Shown here piece by piece: positions 42,301 through 51,655 of a stretch of 59,151 bases of DNA. Within the stretch, counting starts at the first letter, position 1; each line of letters starts with the position of its first letter. The notes below the pieces were generated by a model. That model was not told the origin of the DNA and ran no database searches. It saw nothing but the letters and a program-made list of their open reading frames with translations. The translations under genes and the position numbers were made by a program. The DNA is from Macrostomum lignano (Eukaryota): contig NIVC01000910.1 in assembly GCA_002269645.1 (NCBI GenBank), forward strand, positions 74,394-133,544, in the 5' to 3' direction.

Positions 42301-44542
42301 GGGGAGGCTGTTGTGTTTGGGGTGGTTGCTGTGTTTTGGGGTGGGTGTTGTGTTTTGGGGAGGCTGTTGTTTTTGGGGTGGGCGTTGTGTTTTGGGGTGT
42401 TTGCTGTTTATTGGGGAGGCTTTTGTGTTTGGGGTGGGTATTTTGTTTTGGGGTAGGCATCGTGTTTTGGGATGTGTATTGTGTTTTGGGGGTGGGTATT
42501 GTGTCTGGGGTGGGTATTGTGTTTGGGGTGGTTGTTGTTTATTGGGGGTGGGTGTTGTGTTTTGATGTCGTTGTTGTGTATTGGGGTGGTTGTTGTGTTT
42601 TTGGGTGAGTGTTGTGTTTTGGGGGTGTTGTACCAAACAAAAATCAAGCAGTCAGTAGGCGCCTGACCTGCAGGCAGTCTGCATCTCGATGGGGTGCAGG
42701 CTGCCCGCGAACAGCGGAATCGAGCCGGCCGTCATCAGTCGCAGCCGGTCGCTCACCCGCCGCCTGCACAGCGCCGCTTTTTTGACGTCGGCCTCAGGGC
42801 ACACCGGTAGGGTGGGTGGTATTTTGCCTGTAATCAGAGTGGAGATCGGGATTTTGGGATCGGGATTTTGGGATCGGGATTTCGGAATCGGGATTTTGGG
42901 ATCGGGATTTCGGGATCGGGATTTTGGGATCGGGATTTCGGGATCGGGATTTTGGGATCGGGATTTCGGGATCGGGATTTCGGGATCGGGATTTCGGAAT
43001 CGGGATTTTGGGATCGGGATTTCGGGATTGGGATTTCGGGATCGGGATTTCGGGATCGGAATTTTGGGATCGGGATTTCGGGATCGGTATTTCGGGATCG
43101 GGATTTCGGAATCGGGATTTTGGGATCGGGATTTTGGGATCGGGATTTCGGGATTGGGATTTTGGTATTTGAATTTCGGGATCTGGATTTTGGGATTAGA
43201 ATTTCGGGATCAGGATTTGAATTTTATTATCGGAATTTCGGGATCGGGATTTGAATTTTTGGATCGGGATTTCGGGATCGGGATTTTGGTATTTGAATTT
43301 TGGGATCGGGATTTTGGGACTAGAATTTCGGGATCAGGATTTGAATTTTATTATCGGAATTTCGGGATCGGGATTTGAATTTTTGGATCGGGATTTCGGG
43401 ATCGGGATTTTGAAGTCGGGATTCAAAATTCGAATTTGGGATCAGCATTCGGTTCTCGGGATTCTTAAGCAAGAGAATAAAAAAACATTACAAAGCCTAA
43501 ATCCAATAGTTCGCCTACTTGTTGATGCTAAGATTCGCGCCTTAAGCAAGCAGTTTTATCCTTACTCAGAAAGTTTGGATATTTAGCAGGAAAAATGATG
43601 CCAAGGATTACTTTTTTTCAGGTGCGCAGTTCTCTGTTGCGGTGGAAATTATATACCGTAGGCTCTATTGCTTTTCTGACTGCCTTTCTTGGTGCAGACG
43701 GCAGTTCCACTTCAGATGGAAGCCTGTCCGCCTACGGTAAACATACGGCACACGGGGAGCGGGATCCACTGTAGGAGTGCTGGTGGCTGCATGAATTCGA
43801 ATATTCGATTCCATGGGGCAAATTCAGGACGATGAATTTAGGAATTCTGCAGATAGCTGGATAGCACAACTTCTTGGCTTCGGCATGCTACAATCATTGG
43901 AAAATCTTTTTTCACAACGCAGATATTGCGCGGCATTTGGCGTTGCAGTCGAATGGAGCAGAGTTTCATTTTGGCTGCCATTTTGCAGTAGCAAAATAAG
44001 AGAAAACAAATCTTTTAATATAGGAGCTAAAATAATCATCGTAAATAATAAATATAATTACATAAACCAATACTAAATATTAATCTAGTAAATACTGGTG
44101 TCTATGGTATTCACTAAAATATCACAATATGGAATGTATAGCGATTGTAACAGTCACTATAGAATTTGTGACAGTCACTATAGAGATTGTGACAGTCAAT
44201 ATAGAGATTGTGACAGTCACTATAGAGATTGTGACAGTCACTATAGAGATTGTGACAGTCACTATAGAGATTGTGACAGTCACTATAGAGATTGTGACAG
44301 TCACTATAGAGATTGTGACAGTCACTATAGAGATTGTGACAGTCACTATAGAGATTGTGACAGTCACTATAGAGATTGTGACAGTCACTATAGAGATTGT
44401 GACAGTCACTATAGAGATTGTGACAGTCACTATAGAACTGGAATTAGCAAAGCAGTAAAAAGCAGCATAGCAACACGGGCTCACCATCTGAAAGACAGTA
44501 GACAGTGCACAGAATGTGTAGGGCAGCGTTCAAAGTCCTCAT
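39396..44542 (-). CDS. Secreted/GPI-anchored Cys-rich protein, about 255 aa, two 6-Cys repeats (DUF19/T20D4.11-like pattern)
   Basis: Exons 44542-44485 (signal peptide MRTLNAALHILCTVYCLSD, phase 1), 42827-42668, 41442-41294, 40539-40440, 39789-39645, 39551-39396 (768 nt). Both repeats share the spacing C-x8-C-x7/8-C (CRLTQQFENCDAMAGGLC and CSHYHRLLDCVEASANRLC). The C-terminus is small-residue-rich and then hydrophobic. The last intron needs a GC donor; without it the ORF stops at 39627. Confidence 0.65.
39797..39898. repeat. Interstitial telomere-like repeat (TTAGGG / TTAGGGTTGGG)n
   Basis: Starts with TTAGGG units and continues as the 11-mer TTAGGGTTGGG; intronic. Confidence 0.9.
40715..41243. 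repeat. (GATCCC/AATCCC)n hexamer-based satellite
   Basis: Degenerate ATCCCG units. It is the reverse complement of the array at 42845-43410. Confidence 0.9.
41490..42630. repeat. G/T-rich about 19-bp degenerate satellite
   Basis: GGGGTGGGTGTTGTGTTTT-type units. The Gly/Val/Trp/Cys and Pro/Thr/Asn ORFs here are artefacts. Confidence 0.9.
42845..43410. repeat. (GGGATC/GGGATT)n hexamer-based satellite
   Basis: Degenerate CGGGAT units, inverted relative to 40715-41243. Confidence 0.9.
44140..44435. repeat. 21-bp minisatellite, about 14 copies, with internal palindrome GTGAC-A-GTCAC
   Basis: Unit TTGTGACAGTCACTATAGAGA. Confidence 0.95.
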
Positions 44543-44777
44543 AATCAGTATACGTAGATTTGGTCCTATTTGATGAATCTATATGTTAAGAGTTTTCTTA
44601 TTACAGAAATTTTGCAACCGTTGCTCTTATCAATGCTTTCCGAGCTCCACATGCAGTTCAACTGCCTGAGCCAATCAGGAATCCTGATCAGTTCTGATTC
44701 TTCTTCCTTCTTGTGGGAATAATTTCAAGCACTAAATAGCAGAATTTACCTAAAGCTAAGATTAGGGAGTCGTTGGT

Positions 44778-46245
44778 GTGTATAAAACTGGTTTTTGTGT
44801 TTAAAACCTGTTGGTGTGTTTAAAACCGGTTGGTGTGTTTAAAACCTGTTGGTGTGTTTTAAAACTGTTGGTGTGTTTAAAACCTGTTGGTGTGTTTAAA
44901 ACCTGTTGGTGTGTTTAAAACCTGTTGGTGTGTTTAAAACCTGTTGGTGTGTTTAAAACCGGTTGGTGTGTTTAAAACCTGTTGGTGTGTTTAAAACCTG
45001 TTGGTGTGTTTAAAACCGGTTGGTGTGTTTAAAACCGGTTGGTGTGTTTAAAACCTGTTGGTGTGTTTAAAACCTGTTGGTGTGTTTTAAACCTGTTGGT
45101 GTGTTTAAAACTGGTTGGTGTGTTTAAAACCTGTTGGTGTGTTTTAAACCTGTTGGTGTGTTTAAAACCGGTTGGTGTGTTTAAAACCGGTTGGTGTGTA
45201 TAAAACTGGTTTTTGTGTTTAAAACCTGTTGGTGTGTTTAAAACCTGTTAGTGTGTTTAAAACCTGTTGGTGTGTTTAAAACCTGTTGGTGTGTTTAAAA
45301 CCTGTTAGTGTGTTTTAAACCTGTTGGTGTGTTTAAAACCGGTTGGTGTGTTTAAAACCTGTTGGTGTGTTTAAAACCTGTTAGTGTGTTTAAAACCGGT
45401 TGGTGTGTTTAAAACCTGTTAGTGTGTTTAAAACCTGTTGGTGTGTTTAAAACCTGTTGCTGTGTTTAAAACCGGTTGGTGTGTTTAAAACCGGTTGGTG
45501 TGTTTAAAACCTGTTGGTGTGTTTTAAACCTGTTGGTGTGTTTAAAACCGGTTAGTGTGTTTAAAACCTGTTGGTGTGTTTTAAACCTGTTAGTGTGTTT
45601 AAAACCGGTTGGTGTGTTTAAAACCGGTTGGTGTGTATAAAACTGGTTTTTGTGTTTAAAACCTGTTGGTGTGTTTAAAACCTGTTAGTGTGTTTAAAAC
45701 CTGTTGGTGTGTTTAAAACCTGTTGGTGTGTTTAAAACCTGTTAGTGTGTTTAAAACCTGTTGGTGTGTTTAAAACCGGTTGGTGTGTTTAAAACCTGTT
45801 GGTGTGTTTAAAACCTGTTAGTGTGTTTAAAACCTGTTGGTGTGTTTAAAACCTGTTGGTGTGTTTAAAACCTGTTAGTGTGTTTAAAACCTGTTGGTGT
45901 GTTTAAAACCGGTTGGTGTGTTTAAAACCTGTTGGTGTGTTTAAAACCTGTTAGTGTGTTTAAAACCTGTTGGTGTGTTTAAAACCTGTTGGTGTGTTTA
46001 AAACCGGTTGGTGTGTTTAAAACCGGTTGGTGTGTTTAAAACCTGTTGGTGTGTTTTAAACCTGTTGGTGTGTTTAAAACCTGTTGGTGTGTTTAAAACC
46101 GGTTGGTGTGTTTAAAACCGGTTGGTGTGTTTAAAACCGGTTGGTGTGTTTAAAACCGGTTGGTGTGTTTAAAACCGGTTGGTGTGTTTAAAACCGGTTG
46201 GTGTGTTTAAAACCGGTTGGTGTGTTTAAAACCTGTTGGTGTGTT
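44778..46245. repeat. 19-bp minisatellite, about 77 copies (largest array in the window)
   Basis: Unit GTGTGTTTAAAACCTGTTG with an ACCGGT variant. Confidence 0.97.
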
Positions 46246-46386
46246 CAAGACTGCTCAATCGATGCACCATCCATTGGTTCAGCAAAGAATCAAGAACAAA
46301 GCCAAAGTGAACTTCCGCTCGCAACCGGAAGTCAGAGCTGCATTAATATTTTTACAAATTAGCAAACAATGTCGAGTGAGGTTTTG

Positions 46387-48199
46387 TCACAGCCGCAGCC
46401 ACACGGGTCTGAGCAAGGCTCTGCACAGACTGGTGAAGTCCCAGCGCAGCATGCATACTCGGTAGGCCATGCCCTGGTTCAGCAGCGGCTCCTTGGTGTG
46501 CACAGACCGGCAGTGCGCCGTCAGGAGGCTGTAGGGCGCCCCGGAAGGCGCTAAGGCGATTCGCTTCCGGCGAAGAAGCCGCCGAGCTCGCGCAGCGGCC
46601 AGGGCGCAGCAGGCGGCCAGGAGGGAGGCGGCAACTCCGGCTGTAGCGGCCGCCGCGCCAACCATTGCCAAATGAGGGGCCGCCGGCAGAGACCGCGGAG
46701 AGTTGTCACTGCCGGCGTCAACGAGCGGCTGCGGCAATTCGACTCCAAAGCGGGACAGACAGCAGCCGTCTTCTGCAACTCGCAGTTTCAACCGTCTGAA
46801 GGCCTCGTCTAGGGAAGCTGGCCGATCGCCCCACCGGCTGGCGCAGTCGGCCGACGGTGCCGAAGACAAGGACAGACGTTGCGGAAGCGCCGCTCTTCGC
46901 GAGAAGGTCACGTGACACTGAGGCTGCAGCTTGGAATACGGGACCATGGAAATTACCTCGGTGTTGTTCCTGTGGTATGGATAGTGCAATTGCATCGAGT
47001 TCGATGAGTCACGATGGCAAGTAAAATGGGGGGGGGGGTGGGCAGAGCAGCTCAGCGGTAAATGCATCTGACTCTCGCGCCACGGGAGATCTGGTTCAAT
47101 TCCGCAAACACATGAGAGTCAAACCCATAAGGCACAGAGAGTGTACATGCCTGACGATTTAGAAAGTCAGGGCCGCAGTGCACCCTGTGTGAGCGTGTGT
47201 TAGCTCGTTTCTGCCCGATGCGGCTCATCCATATTAGTGTTATAGTTAGCGGGCGTGAAACCGCGTTTCACGGGCCGCTAAGACTGTCTATGGTAAAATC
47301 TTATTTACTCCAATGCATTCAGTCGGTTTCACGGCCCGCTGAAAATGTCTATGGCAAAGTCAGAAGAAAGCGGGGTCAAGGGGGCGCTGAGCCCCCACAT
47401 TAGCACACCAGCACACAAGACAAAGAAAGAAATAATAAAATCCAAAAATTGTCTATGGCCAAAACTCCTTATTTTGCGAATTGAAAAAATAGTAACTGAT
47501 ACTAAGAATTATTAAGCAGCACTAAGCTTTACTTTTAAAATATACAAGTTGTAGAACACATTAACTAGATACTTATATGCATTCGAGTTTTTTTACTTAT
47601 TGAAGTTGGCCACAGATTATTGCAGCGGGCGGGATGCCGTGCGTTTCTCGCCGTTTCAACACGCCTAGGCTAACTATAATTGTTATTAAAGTCAACTTGT
47701 GCCGCATCTATAAAATCTAAAATGGAATCAAGGCACAAGCCCAGGGGTTCGAGTTACTGCTGGGCTGCTGTGCCCCTCTTTGAGTGTCTTACCTGTACAT
47801 CAGAGGCTTTAGATGAACCTTGTAGGCCTCCAGACTATCCCGAAGTCCTGGTGGCATCGGCACCTTCAGCAGAGTGAAGCTCGCATTCGGCGACCCTGCA
47901 GCAGCAAAGTGCTGAGCGAACTCCCAGCTGACATTCATCGGTCCAACATTTCTGGCCGCACCGCTGCCGATCAGTTTAATCCAGAACACCCCGATCGCTT
48001 GGTGATTGGGCACGCTAGAGAAAGCCACAGCCAAACAGTCCGACGAAGTCGAATACTCGGCTAGCAACCGGGTCGTCCAGGTGCGAATCGCCCGCTCTTC
48101 GGGACTACCGTACATGATATTATAGCATTGCACACCGGCTAGAGTGGGCCAAAGCCATGCTAGCAGAATTGCGGAGGAAACAAGCTTGCTGCTGCTCAT
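46387..48199 (-). CDS. Orphan type I membrane protein, about 329 aa (signal peptide, Cys-containing ectodomain, TM, basic stop-transfer, short tail)
   Basis: Exon 48199-47793 (MSSSKLVSSAILLAWLWPTLAG.., donor AG|GTAAGA, phase 2) joins in frame to 46969-46387 (acceptor CCACAG|G). TM MVGAAAATAGVAASLLAACCALAAA is followed by RARRLLRRKR. No family recognised. The 3' end may splice onward (possible donor GTATGC after AYR). Confidence 0.6.
47041..47230 (+). mobile_element. Probable degenerate tRNA-derived SINE head in an intron
   Basis: A-box-like AGCTCAGCGGTAAA and B-box-like GGTTCAATTCC at tRNA spacing. No intact cloverleaf or acceptor stem. Confidence 0.4.
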
Positions 48200-48712
48200 C
48201 GCGGGTCAAGCCGCAGTCTTAGACTCTGATGTTTGTTTCTAGTGCTGTATTTATTGTTGCCTTTGCTATGGCTGCTTTTACACATAGCTTTGACTCAGGC
48301 GCTACGGTAGCGCGTTTGAGCAGGAGGAGAGAGGACAGAAACCCTGAGTGCGAGGCACAGTTATTGTTCACCCCAGCAACTACTAGGCAGGCGCTGCTTT
48401 ATTTGAGTGTACATTGCGTTTGAAAGCTTAACTGTCGTATTACAGAGTGCTTCAACCTGCAGCTTGTTTAAAATGCTGTAAGACTAAGACTGAGAGATTC
48501 TAGCAAACCTTGAGAGCGCGGACCCCGTGAATAGTAGCTGATTTAGGCTCCGTACTCGTAAGTAGGTAGCTCGTTGGCTTACTCGTATTTTTAATTTTTC
48601 TAAAATCTGAGAAATCTGTAAGCTATTGCGTTGCAACGAGCAAATTTGTCTTGAGCAATAAAAGAAACAGAGATTACTGTGAATTATAAGTATATCATAG
48701 TACGAGTCGTAT

Positions 48713-49272
48713 CAGGGGCGTCGCCATGGATTTTATGGTGGGGGGGGACAAAGCCAAGAATTCAACACTTACATGTACATGACTAAATTCCTAGATTTCC
48801 ATTATTTTCAGAATCGTGTTGTCAGCACTCATTTTGGAGCCGCAGGCACTCCTTTTGACGCCGCAGGCACTCCTTTTGACGCCGCAGGCACTCCTTTTGG
48901 CGCCATAGGTACTCATTTTGGCGCCGCATGCACTCATTTTGGCGCCGCAGGCACTCCTTTTGACGCCGCAGGCACTCCTTTTGGCGCCATAGGTACTCAT
49001 TTTGGCGCCGCAGGCACTCATTTTGGCGCTGAAGGCACTCATTTTGGCGCCGCAAGCACTCATTTTAGCGCCACAGGCACTCAATTTAGCGCCACAGGCA
49101 CTCATTTTAGCGCCACAGGCACTCATTTGAGCGCCCTGAAGAAAAATTATTGATTGCCACAACGAGTCACAAGGTGGGGTGGTGGGGGGACAAAGCTTTG
49201 GTATGTCCCCCCATAGCTTTTACTGAAAGGGACATGTCCCCCCCCCTGCCCCCCCCGGTGGCGACGCGCCTG
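48713..49272. mobile_element. Non-autonomous hAT-type MITE with an internal 21-bp minisatellite
   Basis: TIRs CAGGGGCGTCGCCA / TGGCGACGCGCCTG with a perfect 8-bp TSD AGTCGTAT (48705-48712 and 49273-49280). Internal array of about GGCGCCGCAGGCACTCATTTT at 48830-49137. Confidence 0.85.
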
Positions 49273-49825
49273 AGTCGTATTATTGGTCAGGATGTAAGAC
49301 ACGTACAATGGCCATGTACATTGTATGTTGAACAGTTAGTATTTTTAGTAGTTATTTTTTCCCGTAGACCTTGCATGAAGGCGTTTTTTCGTCCGAAATG
49401 GACCAGGTGTCCAAAACCACAAGAAGTTCTCATACTCTAGATGGCAATTTTCAACAAGAAATTCTTGCCTTTGACACCATCGCAAAAAAGAGGTTAAAAT
49501 GACTGTTTTTAGCTTCGGTCGTCCGTAATCAGTTTTGCTTCGAGTTATGAATTTTAAGAACGCTTGTCCACATGACCATAAATGTAGTTTGAAATGAAAT
49601 GCCATGTTCAATAAAAAACAGAGAAATATCATTTCGTTTTACACTTTATACATGTACTTAATGCTCAATCATAAAATCGAGGTATAACAATCAGGCACGT
49701 TTTCTTGATTTCGAGGTGCCTCATTATGAAGAAATTGTGCATGACATATTTGTGCCAAATCAGTACTTGTCAGTAAACTTGTACGACTACTGTACAAATA
49801 TTTTGTTTAATTAATTAATGAACTT

Positions 49826-50262
49826 TGCCCATAGAAGATTCGCCCGCCGAGATTTGCCCGCCGAGCTTTTCGCGCAAGCCGCAATGCTTAGTAAGTCTTA
49901 ATAAAGAGATTTACCCGATCAAAACGTTTCGATGGTAACTGCATAAATATCAAATGCATATTTTTCTTGTAGGTTTGATTAATTCGATGCATACAGCAGG
50001 GGTGAGCTCACAGATAGCTCACGCATCTGTGAGAGCTATTAATTCATGCATATGTCATCTAGCTTTGTCCTTTAAATCTCTTTATTAAGAATTACTTAGC
50101 ATATGGAGGCAACGCAGACAATATCTGTCGCGTGGCTAAATACGTTGCAGCATTGCGGTCAAACCTCGGCGGGAAAAGCTCGGTGGGCAATTCGCTCGCG
50201 GGCAAAATGCACTGCGCTCAAATCTCGTAGGGGATTCGTCTGCGGGGTAATTCTCATGGACC
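49826..50262. mobile_element. Fold-back / MITE-like element with long imperfect inverted arms
   Basis: 49886-49913 (GCTTAGTAAGTCTTAATAAAGAGATTTA) is near-complementary to 50073-50100. The outer GCCCGCCGAG-type subrepeats are mirrored as CTCGGCGGG/CTCGGTGGGC at 50166-50206. Ends and TSD not resolved. Confidence 0.6.
49926..49939. promoter_or_regulatory. X-box-like motif about 1.7 kb upstream of the IFT54 ATG
   Basis: GTTTCGATGGTAAC is one mismatch from GTTTCCATGGTAAC and lies inside the fold-back element. Confidence 0.35.
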
Positions 50263-50766
50263 CATCCGAAAGGTTCTAGCGAAATCGCTCTTTAATCGAC
50301 TCGGCAGCATCGGTTGCTGAACCAATGCATGCAAAATAGAAGTTACTTTAACGTTCCGGCATATCCTTTTTAATTTTTATGCATTAAAACAAGCTTGTGA
50401 GAACAGTACTGCGTAGACTGTATGTGACAAAGATTTATTTCGCAATTTTACTGAAGTTAAAAAATTACAAAATTTTTGCGACTTTTATATACTATTGTTA
50501 AAAGTTTATTGCATCGAAAGTTAAAACTTTGGCTTTACTGCACAATTTCAACTTTGGAATTCCGATTCATTTTTAGATACTGTGATGTGATTGACTTGCT
50601 TGTGCCATTGAAACTTTTGCCCTACGCCTACAGTAGTTGTAGTTTGGTTAACATGTTGTAGTAATGATAGCATGTTAAAAAATTTACTACTTAAATTATC
50701 CAACTTCACAGTTTATTTAGTCGCAAATAGAAAGCAAAAATCAAGCAATATTTAATAGTGAATTTT

Positions 50767-50923
50767 CAGGAGCGGATCCAGAAATTTTTTGATAGAGGCC
50801 CAGGCAAGCTATATCAAGCACTACAACCCAATATTGAAAAATAAACCATGCATAATTACAGGCCAAAAATTATGGACAAAATTTACCTTTTTGGCCATCC
50901 CCCCCCTCCTGGATCGGCCCCTG
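50767..50923. mobile_element. 157-bp hAT-type MITE
   Basis: TIRs CAGGAGCGGATCCAG / CTGGATCGGCCCCTG with a perfect 8-bp TSD TGAATTTT (50759-50766 and 50924-50931). Confidence 0.85.
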
Positions 50924-51655
50924 TGAATTTTCTTGCATGAAATTATTTTTTCAATTATATCACCGCAACCATTCGTATAGTATATTTCATTTATCTACGG
51001 TGGTTTCTTTTAACAATCTTATCAATCTTAAAGTAAAAATTTTCTGCAACTTTTTTTCTGAACACTTAAAATTAATGCATTAAATATTTACTGGCAGGAA
51101 CAAATAAGTAACAAATAATAGCCAATACTGCGATACATTGTGTTAATTAAATTTTATACATACTAAGATTTTTATAATAAAACTGAGTGTAACTTTTTTT
51201 ATTTTAGTACAATATATTTGATAAAGCATTTTTTATTTGTTCAACCCTTCTCATTCTTTATTCTTATTAAGGAAAATTTTTTTTAGTCATTACACAAAAT
51301 ATACTGAACTAATGGTAAATTAATCGAGCACAATAGAAAAAGAACTAAATTTTGACAATTTGTTATACAAGTGGAGACTGGAAAGTAAATATTTAGAATT
51401 TTCTGTTATTGGATCTCAAGCATGCTAGCAGGTGGCACAAAAAATCGCAAATTGTTTTTTAATCTAATACTAAAATTTAATCTAATTTGATAGCTGTTTA
51501 TATTCTTGATGACTAGCAGTTGCATAGCTGTCTTTGAGTTTCGTTTTTTCTTTGCTACTTGCTAGATTTTTATATATGCATAGCACACAAGGCATTTTAA
51601 TACAATAGCTTAAATGTCAAGTCCGAACCTATCGAACGCTCTGACTTTCAGCGAC

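Noticed and set aside
40638-43378. Long GFGIRD, GVVFWG and PKHNT ORFs up to 290 aa
   Set aside because: Translations of satellites lying inside predicted introns.
43650-43772. Possible extra exon in intron 1 of the Cys-rich gene
   Set aside because: With the best acceptor every frame hits a stop before the donor; it cannot be placed in the chain.
47152-47176. CTGACGA..GAAA..GTC hammerhead-like string
   Set aside because: No room for stems II and III; it is a simple CCTGAC/GTCAGG hairpin.
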